Part shown: positions 40,495 to 53,083 of the stretch, piece by piece | How the letters are laid out: each line of letters starts with the position of its first letter | Position numbering within the stretch: the stretch's first letter is position 1 | NCBI GenBank assembly: GCA_964016885.1 | Contig: OZ024743.1 | Coordinates: forward strand, 302,126,001 to 302,190,000 | DNA from: Eledone cirrhosa | Taxonomy: Eukaryota | Direction: 5' to 3' | DNA: 64,000 bases | Made by a program: the position numbers and the translations under genes | The notes under the pieces: generated by a model | Told to the model about the DNA's origin: nothing | The model's database searches: none | The model's input: the letters and a program-made list of their open reading frames with translations, nothing else

Positions 40495-41382
40495 TACATC
40501 CGTAGTAAACAGCTGACGAAAGGAAACTGTTTTTCACTTGTTTACCTCCCGATTACCTTCTAACATTGCCTCACCTCCTTACCTGTATTTTTGTATTTAC
40601 TGCTGTGACCTCCTGTCTACCTGTCTTGCTCGATTTGTTGTCCGGCCGGACTTATGTCCCACCACGCTTTCAGTTCGACTCCCTCCTTCTATTTCTCTCT
40701 CTATCTCTCTCTCTCTCACTCTCTCTATCTCACTCTCTCTCTCTCTATATATATATCTCCCCCTCTCTCTCTCTCTATTTCTCTCTCTCTTCCTCCCTAT
40801 CCATTTTCTTGTTTTCGCCCTGGTCGCACGTGTCGTAAACCCCTTTTGGATTTACTCCCTTCCCCTTCTCCTCCCTCACTCTGTATCCCTCTTATTCACC
40901 TCCTCTGTCTGATACCCCCTCTCAAGTTCGGTTTCTCCGTTTTCCCTTCTCTCTACACTCACTTTACTGAAAATCGCCACGGAAAACATTGCATCTCAAT
41001 TATTACGGCCACCAGATTATAACCATGGGCTTGGTATAACCTGATCTATTTTCTCTTCGTTTACTTACATACATCTACCATTGCCCTGTGTCCCCTCTTC
41101 TATCGGTATCTTTACTTCGTATTTTCGTCTTTTCCTTTTTTTTTATCTTCTTCCCTTTTTTATCTTCTTCCTCTCTTTTCACTATCGCTTCTTTCCCACG
41201 TGGACATTTGATGGATACAATGCCATGGACACATCGATGCTCTGTTTAATCACCGAAACATCTAACATGCGTAGTAAACAGCTGACGAAGGGAAACTTTT
41301 CTTCTCATGTTTACGTCCCGATTACCTTCTCACACTTCGTTTTCAGTAACCACACAGCCTCGCCTCCTTAACTGTATTTTCG
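40495..41382 (+). repeat. Direct ~100-bp repeats (40495-40595 and 41264-41382), each with a minimal hammerhead-like core
   Basis: GTAAACAG-CTGACGA-AAG-GAAAC...TGTTTAC in both copies; stem III poorly paired. Confidence 0.5.
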
Positions 41383-41457
41383 TGTGCGAATGATATATAT
41401 ATAAATAAAATAAACACGAATGATATATATATATATATATATCATTATCTATAAAAG

Positions 41458-41501
41458 TAATGCACTGGGTAATTGCTGGCCTTGTGCCTAACGTAGAAAC
41501 A
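41458..41501 (+). mobile_element. SINE 3' fragment with 14-bp TSD
   Basis: ATTATCTATAAAAG at 41444-41457 and 41502-41515. Confidence 0.8.
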
Positions 41502-42586
41502 ATTATCTATAAAAGGCAGATTTTTGTGTTTGTATGTATGTTTCAATTTTATACATTTACACAATTCCAAAAATATTGAATGAATAATTAAGCAGGATGT
41601 TGTCAAATATTCTACCTTGGGTCATGGGCGAACTTATTGGCTAAACAATGCCCCAATTACGGAAAAATCGATTTATTTCAACAATCGATGATTTCTCCTC
41701 TCTCATATTATATACGTTTGCTATATCTACTCCCTTCATCACCTCCCCTTAAAATTGCTACCTTCTCTTATAAGTGTTTGTGAAAAAGAGAAACATTGAA
41801 AAAAAACATATACACACATATATGTGGGTGCATACACACACATATATGTTTGTATGGTTACGATTGACGTCATAGAAACAGGAACGCGGGAATTTCAATC
41901 AATCAACGCATACACAGTTTGTTTTAGAAATAACAATAGCATATTATGATAAAGAGGGATCATTATCTATATAATGATAAAGAGGGAAAGAGAAACAAAT
42001 ATACACACTAAAAAACGGATATATGTGTGTGTGTTTGTATTAGCGCGTTCAGACTCCATTTCGAAGCTGACTTTCATTTACTAAACTGTAAGTTTTTCAA
42101 TCGGCCTTACACTTTCAAACTATATTTTTCTGTATAAGTAACTTTAACCCTTTATTTTCGACATAAAAATACACACATACATACAAAGACCTGTACAGTT
42201 TTTTTTTTTTTTTGGGGGGGGGGGGGGGGGGGCTTTCTTATCAATCTTTTTACATTCAATTATCAGCCTTATAGTTTTAAAGTCAATTTTTCTGTAGAAG
42301 TAACTTTAACCCTTTCTTTTCGACATAAAAATACACACATACATACAAATACCTGTAAACACATTTTTGAGGCCTTTCTTATCAATCTTTTTACATTCAA
42401 TTACCAGCCTTATACTTTCAAAGTCAAATTTTATGTTGAAGTAACTTTCACCCTTTATTTTTCGATACCCATTTACTTACTAACATTTGTATCACAACAA
42501 CAATAAGAATATTCATAAACAGACAGTAGAATTTAAAAGTCAATTTTTCTGTAGAAGTAACTTTCACCCTTTCTTTTGGACATAAA

Positions 42587-43330
42587 ATGCCACCTAAAAA
42601 GAGAAGTCGCCTCAGTCGACATACCGATTCAGCAGTTGCGCAAAAGGCTACTATAGCAAACGAGTCCTCTGAGGAAAATGCTTCAAGACTTTCACAGACA
42701 GCCTTATGTTCAGCAGAATGTCGAGCCGCTGAAAGTTTCCAACAGCGCACCGCACGCCTAGCCAAAATGGCTTCATACCAGGCTTCTCCCAGGGCTTCAG
42801 AGAGCCGTGAACAAAGGTCGAAACGCCTGGCTAGAAACGATGCGACTAATGCTGTTTCCAGGTCTTTGGAACGTTTAAAACAACGGACGGCTCTCCTTCC
42901 TACGAACGCTGCGGCTATGACTACTTCCATGGCTTCTGAAGATGCAGACGGGCGGTCCATTAGCATTGCAAATATTGCTTATGCTATTGCTGCCAGACCT
43001 TCCCACCAACCACACGACCAATGTTCTACGTTCAAGCGTAACAGTCGACGGCGAGAAGCTGCACGCGGTGTGACGAGCCCCAAGAGCCCTTACTGGCACC
43101 TACGGGCTTTCAAGTATGAGCAAAACGTTAATTACTCAATGCGCTCTGACATAAATATAGGCGAGATACGCTTCAATTGCCAATTCTGCAATGCTACAAA
43201 GTGGGCTGGGGAGCCACCTACAATGTGCTGTTTAAACGGTAAGGTCACCTTGCCCCCTCTTCCTGAACCGCCAGAGCCTTTGAAGGAACTACTGACTGGT
43301 TATACCTCAAGGTCAAAAAAAAAAACCTGA
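42587..43330 (+). pseudogene. Helitron RepHel N-terminal region
   Basis: ESxEQRxxRL-type repeats; NIGEIRFNCQFCNATKWAGEPPTMCCLNGKVTLPPLPEPPEPLKELL. Confidence 0.82.
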
Positions 43331-43349
43331 TCCCCCCAATAAAAAAACG

Positions 43350-44420
43350 ATCCTGGGAGTACTGGAAACACTTTTGTAACGAATTTGATTCTCGCTAAGA
43401 TTCGTCAGGAGAAAAAAATTGCGTTGTCCCTTGCATCGTCCGGGACCGCTGCTACTTTGCTGCCGGGAGGCAGGACAGCACATTCAACCTTTAAACTCCC
43501 TTTGGATTTAGTAAAAACTGAGACACCAACATGCAATATCAGCAAGAGTTCACACAAAGCTATGGTTCTCAAAATATGTTGCCTCATTGTTTGGGATGAG
43601 TGCACAATGGAACACAAGGGTGCCCTTGATGCATTGGACAAGGCCCGGAAAGACATTAGGGATTCTACGGCTCCTATCGGTGGCGTAACCCTTCTGCTAT
43701 CAGGGGATTTTCGGAAAAAGCTGCCTGTCATCCCCAAATGGACAATAACTGATGAAGTGCGTGCCTGTCTTAAGTCGTCCATATTGTGGCTCCAGGTGAA
43801 TAGTTTGTACCTGAGCACAAATATGCGTGCTCATTTGCATGGTGACAACATGTCTGCAGCACAGAACATTTTAGCACTTGGTGAGGGCAAGATCCCTGCG
43901 GATGACAAGGGCGGCATAGCAATCGATACCCTGTGCAACATTGTGGGCAGCCCTTCTCACCTTTGGGAAGCAGTTTTTCATAATGTCTCATCTAACTTTA
44001 AAAACCTCGATTGGCTCAGCGAAAGAGCCATCCTTGCTCCGAAAAATACCATGGTTAATTTTATTAACGAGCAGCTGATTGAGAAGATTCCCGGTAAAGA
44101 GCACATCTTCAAATCAGACTCCGACGATATCGTTAATTATCCGGTTGAGTTATTAAATCTCTTTGAGCCCCCAAGGCTCCCATCTCACATTATTAAGCTT
44201 AGGGTTAGCTGTCCCATTATGCTAATAAGGAACTTGCGTCCACCAAAGCAGTGCAACGGTACTCGCATGTCGTCAAGTCACTGACACCCACTTGATTGAG
44301 GCCATCATTGTAACGGGGTGGGGGAAGAGGGGAGAATGTTTTCATTTCAAGGATGAACCTTTTCCCCTCGGCGTAAGATATCCCGCTCGATTTCCGGTGA
44401 TCACAATTCCCGGTCTACTA
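43350..44420 (+). pseudogene. Helitron PIF1-family helicase, disrupted
   Basis: PGSTGNTF (degenerate Walker A), ASSGTAATLLPGGRTAHS, WDECTM, LLSGDFRKKLPV, ERAILAPKN, MLIRNL..CNGTR. Confidence 0.9.
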
Positions 44421-44611
44421 AATTCGCTATTGGAAGATTATTAACCCATCATTGATTGACCAAAATGCTAATTGGTTCGTAACTTTTAATAACCGGTTCA
44501 ACTGCTTTATGCACTTAATTGATAAGCTTATTCGCTTTCAAACCACGTTTACCTGTATGTAACTTTTCATAGCAAATGAACAAACCCGAGCAACGCCGGG
44601 CTAAACTGCTA

Positions 44612-44695
<84 letters not shown>

Positions 44696-44860
44696 AACAC
44701 AACAAAAAATAACAAGGGATAATTTGTAAAGAGAGAACAACAAAAAATTACGAAGTAACATTAAAAATTGACAAGGACCCTGAATAAAGATATCTTGCAA
44801 TAAGGAGTTGTATATAGTCCATTGAAGAAATCTACTTCACCATTAATATATATATATATA

Positions 44861-45060
44861 TAACGAAAGAAGTGCCGTAAGGGACCAGGTGGACCATAAC
44901 GCACCAGAGTACTCGGTATTTCGGGTAGTAGAGTGGATAATAGGAAAATAGTCAGAAACCCGACAGCAGAGCTCAAGGCGTTTCGACAGATTTTTCCGTC
45001 CAGAAATAGCTGTCAAAATGGCTTGAGCTCTGACGTCGAGGTTCTGACTATTTTCCTATT
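44861..45060 (-). mobile_element. PLE pseudo-LTR tail fragment (relative of element A) with fold-back
   Basis: Similar to 36763-36900; inverted repeat 44939-45060. Confidence 0.7.
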
Positions 45061-45113
45061 ATATATATATACACACACATATATATATATATATATAGTT
45101 TTAATATAGATGA

Positions 45114-45162
45114 GATTCTACAGGACTAGAACTGTTTCATTCATTAGAAATCATCAGGAATC
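45114..45162 (-). ncRNA. Type I hammerhead ribozyme in fold-back 45098-45217
   Basis: GATTC-CTGATGA-T-TTC-TAAT-GAA-T-GAA-ACAG-TTCTAGTC-CTGT-A-GAATC. Confidence 0.8.
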
Positions 45163-45284
45163 ATTTCTAATGAATGAAACAGTTCTAGTCCTGTAGAATC
45201 TCATCTATATTAAAACTGTTATACTCTGCTATGTATTGAGTACCTTACTTACTGTGGTTACCTCCGATTCAACCCGGAATAACG

Positions 45285-45316
<32 letters not shown>

Positions 45317-45436
45317 TATAGACATAGAATATTCGAAAATATTCTGTATGTTTATAATAAACATTTTGAAGACCTAATCGCTATGGAATAGAATACGTCA
45401 CGTATTACAATTAGATTCTCGATAAAAGCAAGGGAA

Positions 45437-45479
45437 GTAATCTACGCGTTTCATTCTTATTAGAAATCTTCAGGACTAC
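45437..45479 (-). ncRNA. Type I hammerhead ribozyme (first of 13 minus-strand copies, every 310 bp)
   Basis: GTAGTC-CTGAAGA-T-TTCT-AATA-AGAA-T-GAA-ACGCGT-A-GATTAC, enclosed by a 16-bp helix ATTCTCGATAAAAGCA/TGCTTTTATCGAGAAT. Confidence 0.85.
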
Positions 45480-48400
45480 ATATCCAGTGCTTTTATCGAG
45501 AATGACACAGCTAGAGACTTATAGAATACTTAGCTGTGTACATGAACTGGTTTGAAAGAGCGGTTGCCGGTCCGGCAGAAATTAGAAATTGGAATAAATG
45601 CTCTGAAATAGCGATATATATGTGAATATAGACATAGAATATTCGAAAATATTCTGTATGTTTATAATAAACATTTTGAAGACCTAATCGCTATAGAATA
45701 GAATACGTCACGTATTACAATTAGATTCTCGATAAAAGCAAGGGAAGTAATCTACGCGTTTCATTCTTATTAGAAATCTTCAGGACTACATATCCAGTGC
45801 TTTTATCGAGAATGACACAGCTAGAGACTTATAGAATACTTAGCTGTGTACATGAACTGGTTTGAAAGAGCGGTTGCCGGTCCGGCAGAAATTAGAAATT
45901 GGAATAAATGCTCTGAAATAGCGATATATATGTGAATATAGACATAGAATATTCGAAAATATTCTGTATGTTTATAATAAACATTTTGAAGACCTAATCG
46001 CTATAGAATAGAATACGTCACGTATTACAATTAGATTCTCGATAAAAGCAAGGGAAGTAATCTACGCGTTTCATTCTTATTAGAAATCTTCAGGACTACA
46101 TATCCAGTGCTTTTATCGAGAATGACACAGCTAGAGACTTATAGAATACTTAGCTGTGTACATGAACTGGTTTGAAAGAGCGGTTGCCGGTCCGGCAGAA
46201 ATTAGAAATTGGAATAAATGCTCTGAAATAGCGATATATATGTGAATATAGACATAGAATATTCGAAAATATTCTGTATGTTTATAATAAACATTTTGAA
46301 GACCTAATCGCTATAGAATAGAATACGTCACGTATTACAATTAGATTCTCGATAAAAGCAAGGGAAGTAATCTACGCGTTTCATTCTTATTAGAAATCTT
46401 CAGGACTACATATCCAGTGCTTTTATCGAGAATGACACAGCTAGAGACTTATAGAATACTTAGCTGTGTACATGAACTGGTTTGAAAGAGCGGTTGCCGG
46501 TCCGGCAGAAATTAGAAATTGGAATAAATGCTCTGAAATAGCGATATATATGTGAATATAGACATAGAATATTCGAAAATATTCTGTATGTTTATAATAA
46601 ACATTTTGAAGACCTAATCGCTATAGAATAGAATACGTCACGTATTACAATTAGATTCTCGATAAAAGCAAGGGAAGTAATCTACGCGTTTCATTCTTAT
46701 TAGAAATCTTCAGGACTACATATCCAGTGCTTTTATCGAGAATGACACAGCTAGAGACTTATAGAATACTTAGCTGTGTACATGAACTGGTTTGAAAGAG
46801 CGGTTGCCGGTCCGGCAGAAATTAGAAATTGGAATAAATGCTCTGAAATAGCGATATATATGTGAATATAGACATAGAATATTCGAAAATATTCTGTATG
46901 TTTATAATAAACATTTTGAAGACCTAATCGCTATAGAATAGAATACGTCACGTATTACAATTAGATTCTCGATAAAAGCAAGGGAAGTAATCTACGCGTT
47001 TCATTCTTATTAGAAATCTTCAGGACTACATATCCAGTGCTTTTATCGAGAATGACACAGCTAGAGACTTATAGAATACTTAGCTGTGTACATGAACTGG
47101 TTTGAAAGAGCGGTTGCCGGTCCGGCAGAAATTAGAAATTGGAATAAATGCTCTGAAATAGCGATATATATGTGAATATAGACATAGAATATTCGAAAAT
47201 ATTCTGTATGTTTATAATAAACATTTTGAAGACCTAATCGCTATAGAATAGAATACGTCACGTATTACAATTAGATTCTCGATAAAAGCAAGGGAAGTAA
47301 TCTACGCGTTTCATTCTTATTAGAAATCTTCAGGACTACATATCCAGTGCTTTTATCGAGAATGACACAGCTAGAGACTTATAGAATACTTAGCTGTGTA
47401 CATGAACTGGTTTGAAAGAGCGGTTGCCGGTCCGGCAGAAATTAGAAATTGGAATAAATGCTCTGAAATAGCGATATATATGTGAATATAGACATAGAAT
47501 ATTCGAAAATATTCTGTATGTTTATAATAAACATTTTGAAGACCTAATCGCTATAGAATAGAATACGTCACGTATTACAATTAGATTCTCGATAAAAGCA
47601 AGGGAAGTAATCTACGCGTTTCATTCTTATTAGAAATCTTCAGGACTACATATCCAGTGCTTTTATCGAGAATGACACAGCTAGAGACTTATAGAATACT
47701 TAGCTGTGTACATGAACTGGTTTGAAAGAGCGGTTGCCGGTCCGGCAGAAATTAGAAATTGGAATAAATGCTCTGAAATAGCGATATATATGTGAATATA
47801 GACATAGAATATTCGAAAATATTCTGTATGTTTATAATAAACATTTTGAAGACCTAATCGCTATAGAATAGAATACGTCACGTATTACAATTAGATTCTC
47901 GATAAAAGCAAGGGAAGTAATCTACGCGTTTCATTCTTATTAGAAATCTTCAGGACTACATATCCAGTGCTTTTATCGAGAATGACACAGCTAGAGACTT
48001 ATAGAATACTTAGCTGTGTACATGAACTGGTTTGAAAGAGCGGTTGCCGGTCCGGCAGAAATTAGAAATTGGAATAAATGCTCTGAAATAGCGATATATA
48101 TGTGAATATAGACATAGAATATTCGAAAATATTCTGTATGTTTATAATAAACATTTTGAAGACCTAATCGCTATAGAATAGAATACGTCACGTATTACAA
48201 TTAGATTCTCGATAAAAGCAAGGGAAGTAATCTACGCGTTTCATTCTTATTAGAAATCTTCAGGACTACATATCCAGTGCTTTTATCGAGAATGACACAG
48301 CTAGAGACTTATAGAATACTTAGCTGTGTACATGAACTGGTTTGAAAGAGCGGTTGCCGGTCCGGCAGAAATTAGAAATTGGAATAAATGCTCTGAAATA

Positions 48401-49387
48401 GCGATATATATGTGAATATAGACATAGAATATTCGAAAATATTCTGTATGTTTATAATAAACATTTTGAAGACCTAATCGCTATAGAATAGAATACGTCA
48501 CGTATTACAATTAGATTCTCGATAAAAGCAAGGGAAGTAATCTACGCGTTTCATTCTTATTAGAAATCTTCAGGACTACATATCCAGTGCTTTTATCGAG
48601 AATGACACAGCTAGAGACTTATAGAATACTTAGCTGTGTACATGAACTGGTTTGAAAGAGCGGTTGCCGGTCCGGCAGAAATTAGAAATTGGAATAAATG
48701 CTCTGAAATAGCGATATATATGTGAATATAGACATAGAATATTCGAAAATATTCTGTATGTTTATAATAAACATTTTGAAGACCTAATCGCTATAGAATA
48801 GAATACGTCACGTATTACAATTAGATTCTCGATAAAAGCAAGGGAAGTAATCTACGCGTTTCATTCTTATTAGAAATCTTCAGGACTACATATCCAGTGC
48901 TTTTATCGAGAATGACACAGCTAGAGACTTATAGAATACTTAGCTGTGTACATGAACTGGTTTGAAAGAGCGGTTGCCGGTCCGGCAGAAATTAGAAATT
49001 GGAATAAATGCTCTGAAATAGCGATATATATGTGAATATAGACATAGAATATTCGAAAATATTCTGTATGTTTATAATAAACATTTTGAAGACCTAATCG
49101 CTATAGAATAGAATACGTCACGTATTACAATTAGATTCTCGATAAAAGCAAGGGAAGTAATCTACGCGTTTCATTCTTATTAGAAATCTTCAGGACTACA
49201 TATCCAGTGCTTTTATCGAGAATGACACAGCTAGAGACTTATAGAATACTTAGCTGTGTACATGAACTGGTTTGAAAGAGCGGTTGCCGGTCCGGCAGAA
49301 ATTAGAAATTGGAATAAATGCTCATGTACACAGCTAAGTATTCTATAAGTCTCTAGCTGTGTCATTCTCGATAAAAGCACTGGATAT

Positions 49388-49430
49388 GTAGTCCTGAAGA
49401 TTTCTAATAAGAATGAAACGCGTAGATTAC
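49388..49430 (+). ncRNA. Type I hammerhead ribozyme (first of 4 plus-strand copies; also 49698, 50008 and 50318)
   Basis: Same motif, read directly on the plus strand. Confidence 0.85.
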
Positions 49431-50513
49431 TTCCCTTGCTTTTATCGAGAATCTAATTGTAATACGTGACGTATTCTATTCTATAGCGATTAGGTCTTCA
49501 AAATGTTTATTATAAACATACAGAATATTTTCGAATATTCTATGTCTATATTCACATATATATCGCTATTTCAGAGCATTTATTCCAATTTCTAATTTCT
49601 GCCGGACCGGCAACCGCTCTTTCAAACCAGTTCATGTACACAGCTAAGTATTCTATAAGTCTCTAGCTGTGTCATTCTCGATAAAAGCACTGGATATGTA
49701 GTCCTGAAGATTTCTAATAAGAATGAAACGCGTAGATTACTTCCCTTGCTTTTATCGAGAATCTAATTGTAATACGTGACGTATTCTATTCTATAGCGAT
49801 TAGGTCTTCAAAATGTTTATTATAAACATACAGAATATTTTCGAATATTCTATGTCTATATTCACATATATATCGCTATTTCAGAGCATTTATTCCAATT
49901 TCTAATTTCTGCCGGACCGGCAACCGCTCTTTCAAACCAGTTCATGTACACAGCTAAGTATTCTATAAGTCTCTAGCTGTGTCATTCTCGATAAAAGCAC
50001 TGGATATGTAGTCCTGAAGATTTCTAATAAGAATGAAACGCGTAGATTACTTCCCTTGCTTTTATCGAGAATCTAATTGTAATACGTGACGTATTCTATT
50101 CTATAGCGATTAGGTCTTCAAAATGTTTATTATAAACATACAGAATATTTTCGAATATTCTATGTCTATATTCACATATATATCGCTATTTCAGAGCATT
50201 TATTCCAATTTCTAATTTCTGCCGGACCGGCAACCGCTCTTTCAAACCAGTTCATGTACACAGCTAAGTATTCTATAAGTCTCTAGCTGTGTCATTCTCG
50301 ATAAAAGCACTGGATATGTAGTCCTGAAGATTTCTAATAAGAATGAAACGCGTAGATTACTTCCCTTGCTTTTATCGAGAATCTAATTGTAATACGTGAC
50401 GTATTCTATTCTATAGCGGTTAGGTCTTCAAAATGTTTATTATAAACATACAGAATATTTTCGAATATTCTATGTCTATATTCACATATATATCGCTATT
50501 TCAGAGCATTTAT

Positions 50514-50584
<71 letters not shown>

Positions 50585-50607
50585 TACACTCACACAAACA
50601 CACAAAC

Positions 50608-50676
<69 letters not shown>

Positions 50677-51164
50677 TATTGTTACATAAACACATATTAC
50701 TTCCATACACATGAATAAACATGCATGCGCCTTTCCGAATGTCTGTACATAACAGAGCTTACATCTATATACACATTAACATAGATATATACCGAAGCAC
50801 ATATGTACCTACAAATACTAGTACACATGCAATTAGATCGATGAATCCGTATAGCCGTCTTCGAATCAAATGTCAACTATAAATATATTTTCATATAATC
50901 ATAGTTATGAATAACAATAAATAGACTACAATATATCTAAATTTGTTTATTCATACTTACATATAGGCAAACATACGCTAAATACAATGAATTATCTATA
51001 CATATATTCCTATTTTTGCCCATATTATATGTTATAGGATTCATATACATAAATATGTAGATAATATGTGAGTAAATAAACAATAATAAAGAGGAAAACA
51101 AAAATATATATACAGGCACGTAAAAACACACCCACACATACACACACACACATATATATATATA

Positions 51165-52258
51165 AATTAAGAATTGTTGCTCTGAAATAGCTATATATAT
51201 ATATGAATGTATATATAGTGTATTTTGCAACACACTGTATGCTTAATAGAAAGCATTTTGAAGACCTTAGGCTATAGTTTTAGAGTAGTGACAGACTCAC
51301 TTACTTTAATTTCAGCAAACAGGGGGAGATAAAGCTGACAAGGCCTTGTTTCTGCATTTATTGATGCTTATCAAATCCAACTTCTCCTCCCGTTTGCTTT
51401 GAACCTGGATGTTTTGGTTATTATAGAATTCTAGTAAATAATCAGGAACTGATTATACAGAGCGTTGCCGGTCAAGCAGAAATTAAAAATTAGAATTGTT
51501 GCTCTGAAATAGCTATATATATATGAATGTATATATAGTGTATTTTGCAACACACTGTATGCTTAATAAAAAGCATTTTGAAGACCTTATGCTATTGTTT
51601 TAGAGTAGTTGTAGACTCACTTACTTTAATTAAGAGCAGCAATTCTAATTTTTTATTTCTGCTTGACCGGCAACCTCTCTGTATAATCAGTTCCTGATTA
51701 TTTATTAGAATTCTATAAGAACCAAAACATCCAGGTTCTCAGAAAACGGGAGGAGTAGTTGGCTTTGATAAGCATCAATAAATACAGAAACAAGGCCTTG
51801 TCAGCTTTATCTCCCCCTGTTTGCTGAAATTAAAGTATGTGAGTCTGTCACTACTCTAAAACAATAGCATATGGTCTTCAAAATGTTTTTTTTTTTATTA
51901 AGCATACAGTGTGTTGCAAAATACACTATATATACATTCATATATATATAGCTATTTCAGAGCAACAAATCTAATTTTTAATTTCTGCTTGACCGGCAAC
52001 TGCTCTGTATAATCAGTTCCAGATTATTTACTACAATTCTATAAGAACCAAAACATCCAGGTTCTCAGCAAACGGGAGGAGTAGTTGGCTTTGAAAGCAT
52101 CAATAAATGCAGAAACAAGGCCCTGTCAGCTTTATCTCCCCCTGTTTGCTGAAATTAAAGTAAGTGAGTCTGTCACTACTCTAAAACAATAGCATAAGGT
52201 CTTCAAAATGCTTTTTATTAAGCATACAGTGTGTTGCAAAATACACTATATATACATT
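51165..52258. mobile_element. ~320-bp sister repeat (about 1.5 direct + 2 inverted units) with U3-A8 hammerhead
   Basis: Shares GTTGCCGGTC..GCAGAAATTA.AAATT.GAAT..GCTCTGAAATAGC and CATTTTGAAGACCT with the 310-bp unit; HHRs at 51333-51378 (-), 51761-51806 (+) and 52087-52131 (+). Confidence 0.8.
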
Positions 52259-52362
<104 letters not shown>

Positions 52363-52384
52363 AATGAAATATGGCGTGCTGCGT

Positions 52385-52810
52385 TGTTAAGATATCGGGA
52401 CAGAGGAAAGTAAACAGACAACATGGTAGTAATGCAACGTAATGAGAGGGAAGGAGAGACAAGTCAATGAATTTGGTGGGCTTAAGTCCGAACAAATCAA
52501 ATAACGAGAAGAGGCAGATACGTCCGATCTACACGAAAAGCGAAAGAAAAGAAGAATTTCACACAGGTCAGACGGGAGGAAATGAGAGAAGGGGAGTTAC
52601 AGTGAGTAAGTGAGTGAAAGTGTGAGAAACAGGCCAGCCGAGAGTGTGTGACCAGCAGTGGGGGTAAAAGAAAGCAAGAGGTAAAGGAGAGGGATGCTGA
52701 TTATCATTGGTATTAAGCCACACTATTAATTGAATTGTCTCTCCTTTCCTCTCTTTACGCTGCATTACTACCATTTGTTTGTTTACTTCCCTCTGTCCCG
52801 ATAACTTAAT
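52385..52810. repeat. Fold-back/MITE-like inverted repeat, about 85-bp arms
   Basis: ATCGGGACAGAGGAAAGTAAACA...ATGGTAGTAATGCA versus TGCATTACTACCAT...TGTTTACTTCCCTCTGTCCCGAT. Confidence 0.7.
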
Positions 52811-52923
52811 TTAGTTATCACTCGCACTGATTTTAGGTATCTAGTCTTTAGTGCGAAGAAATACCAATGATAATCACCAGACTACTAATCATGGACATTC
52901 GTATTTCTTAGTCTATTTTCATT

Positions 52924-53000
<77 letters not shown>

Positions 53001-53032
53001 GTGTGTGTGTGTGTGTGTGTGTGTGTACACAC

Positions 53033-53067
<35 letters not shown>

Positions 53068-53083
53068 TGGAAGCAGAACATTG

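Larger units (their letters stand above)
41442..44612 (+). mobile_element. Helitron, internally deleted (no HUH Rep domain)
   Basis: 5' TC; 3' hairpin CCCGAGCAACGCCGGG then CTAG|T at 44609-44612; N-terminal ORF with CQFC...CCLNGKV motif; PIF1 helicase. Confidence 0.88.
45314..50518. mobile_element. 310-bp hammerhead-containing tandem array (retrozyme-like): 13 direct units, then about 3.9 inverted units from about 49323
   Basis: Exact 310-bp period, almost no variants between units, (TA)n on both flanks, one HHR per unit. Confidence 0.9.

Noticed and set aside
45314-50518. CRISPR-like array
   Set aside because: Units are fully identical with no unique spacers, there are no cas genes, and the context is eukaryotic.
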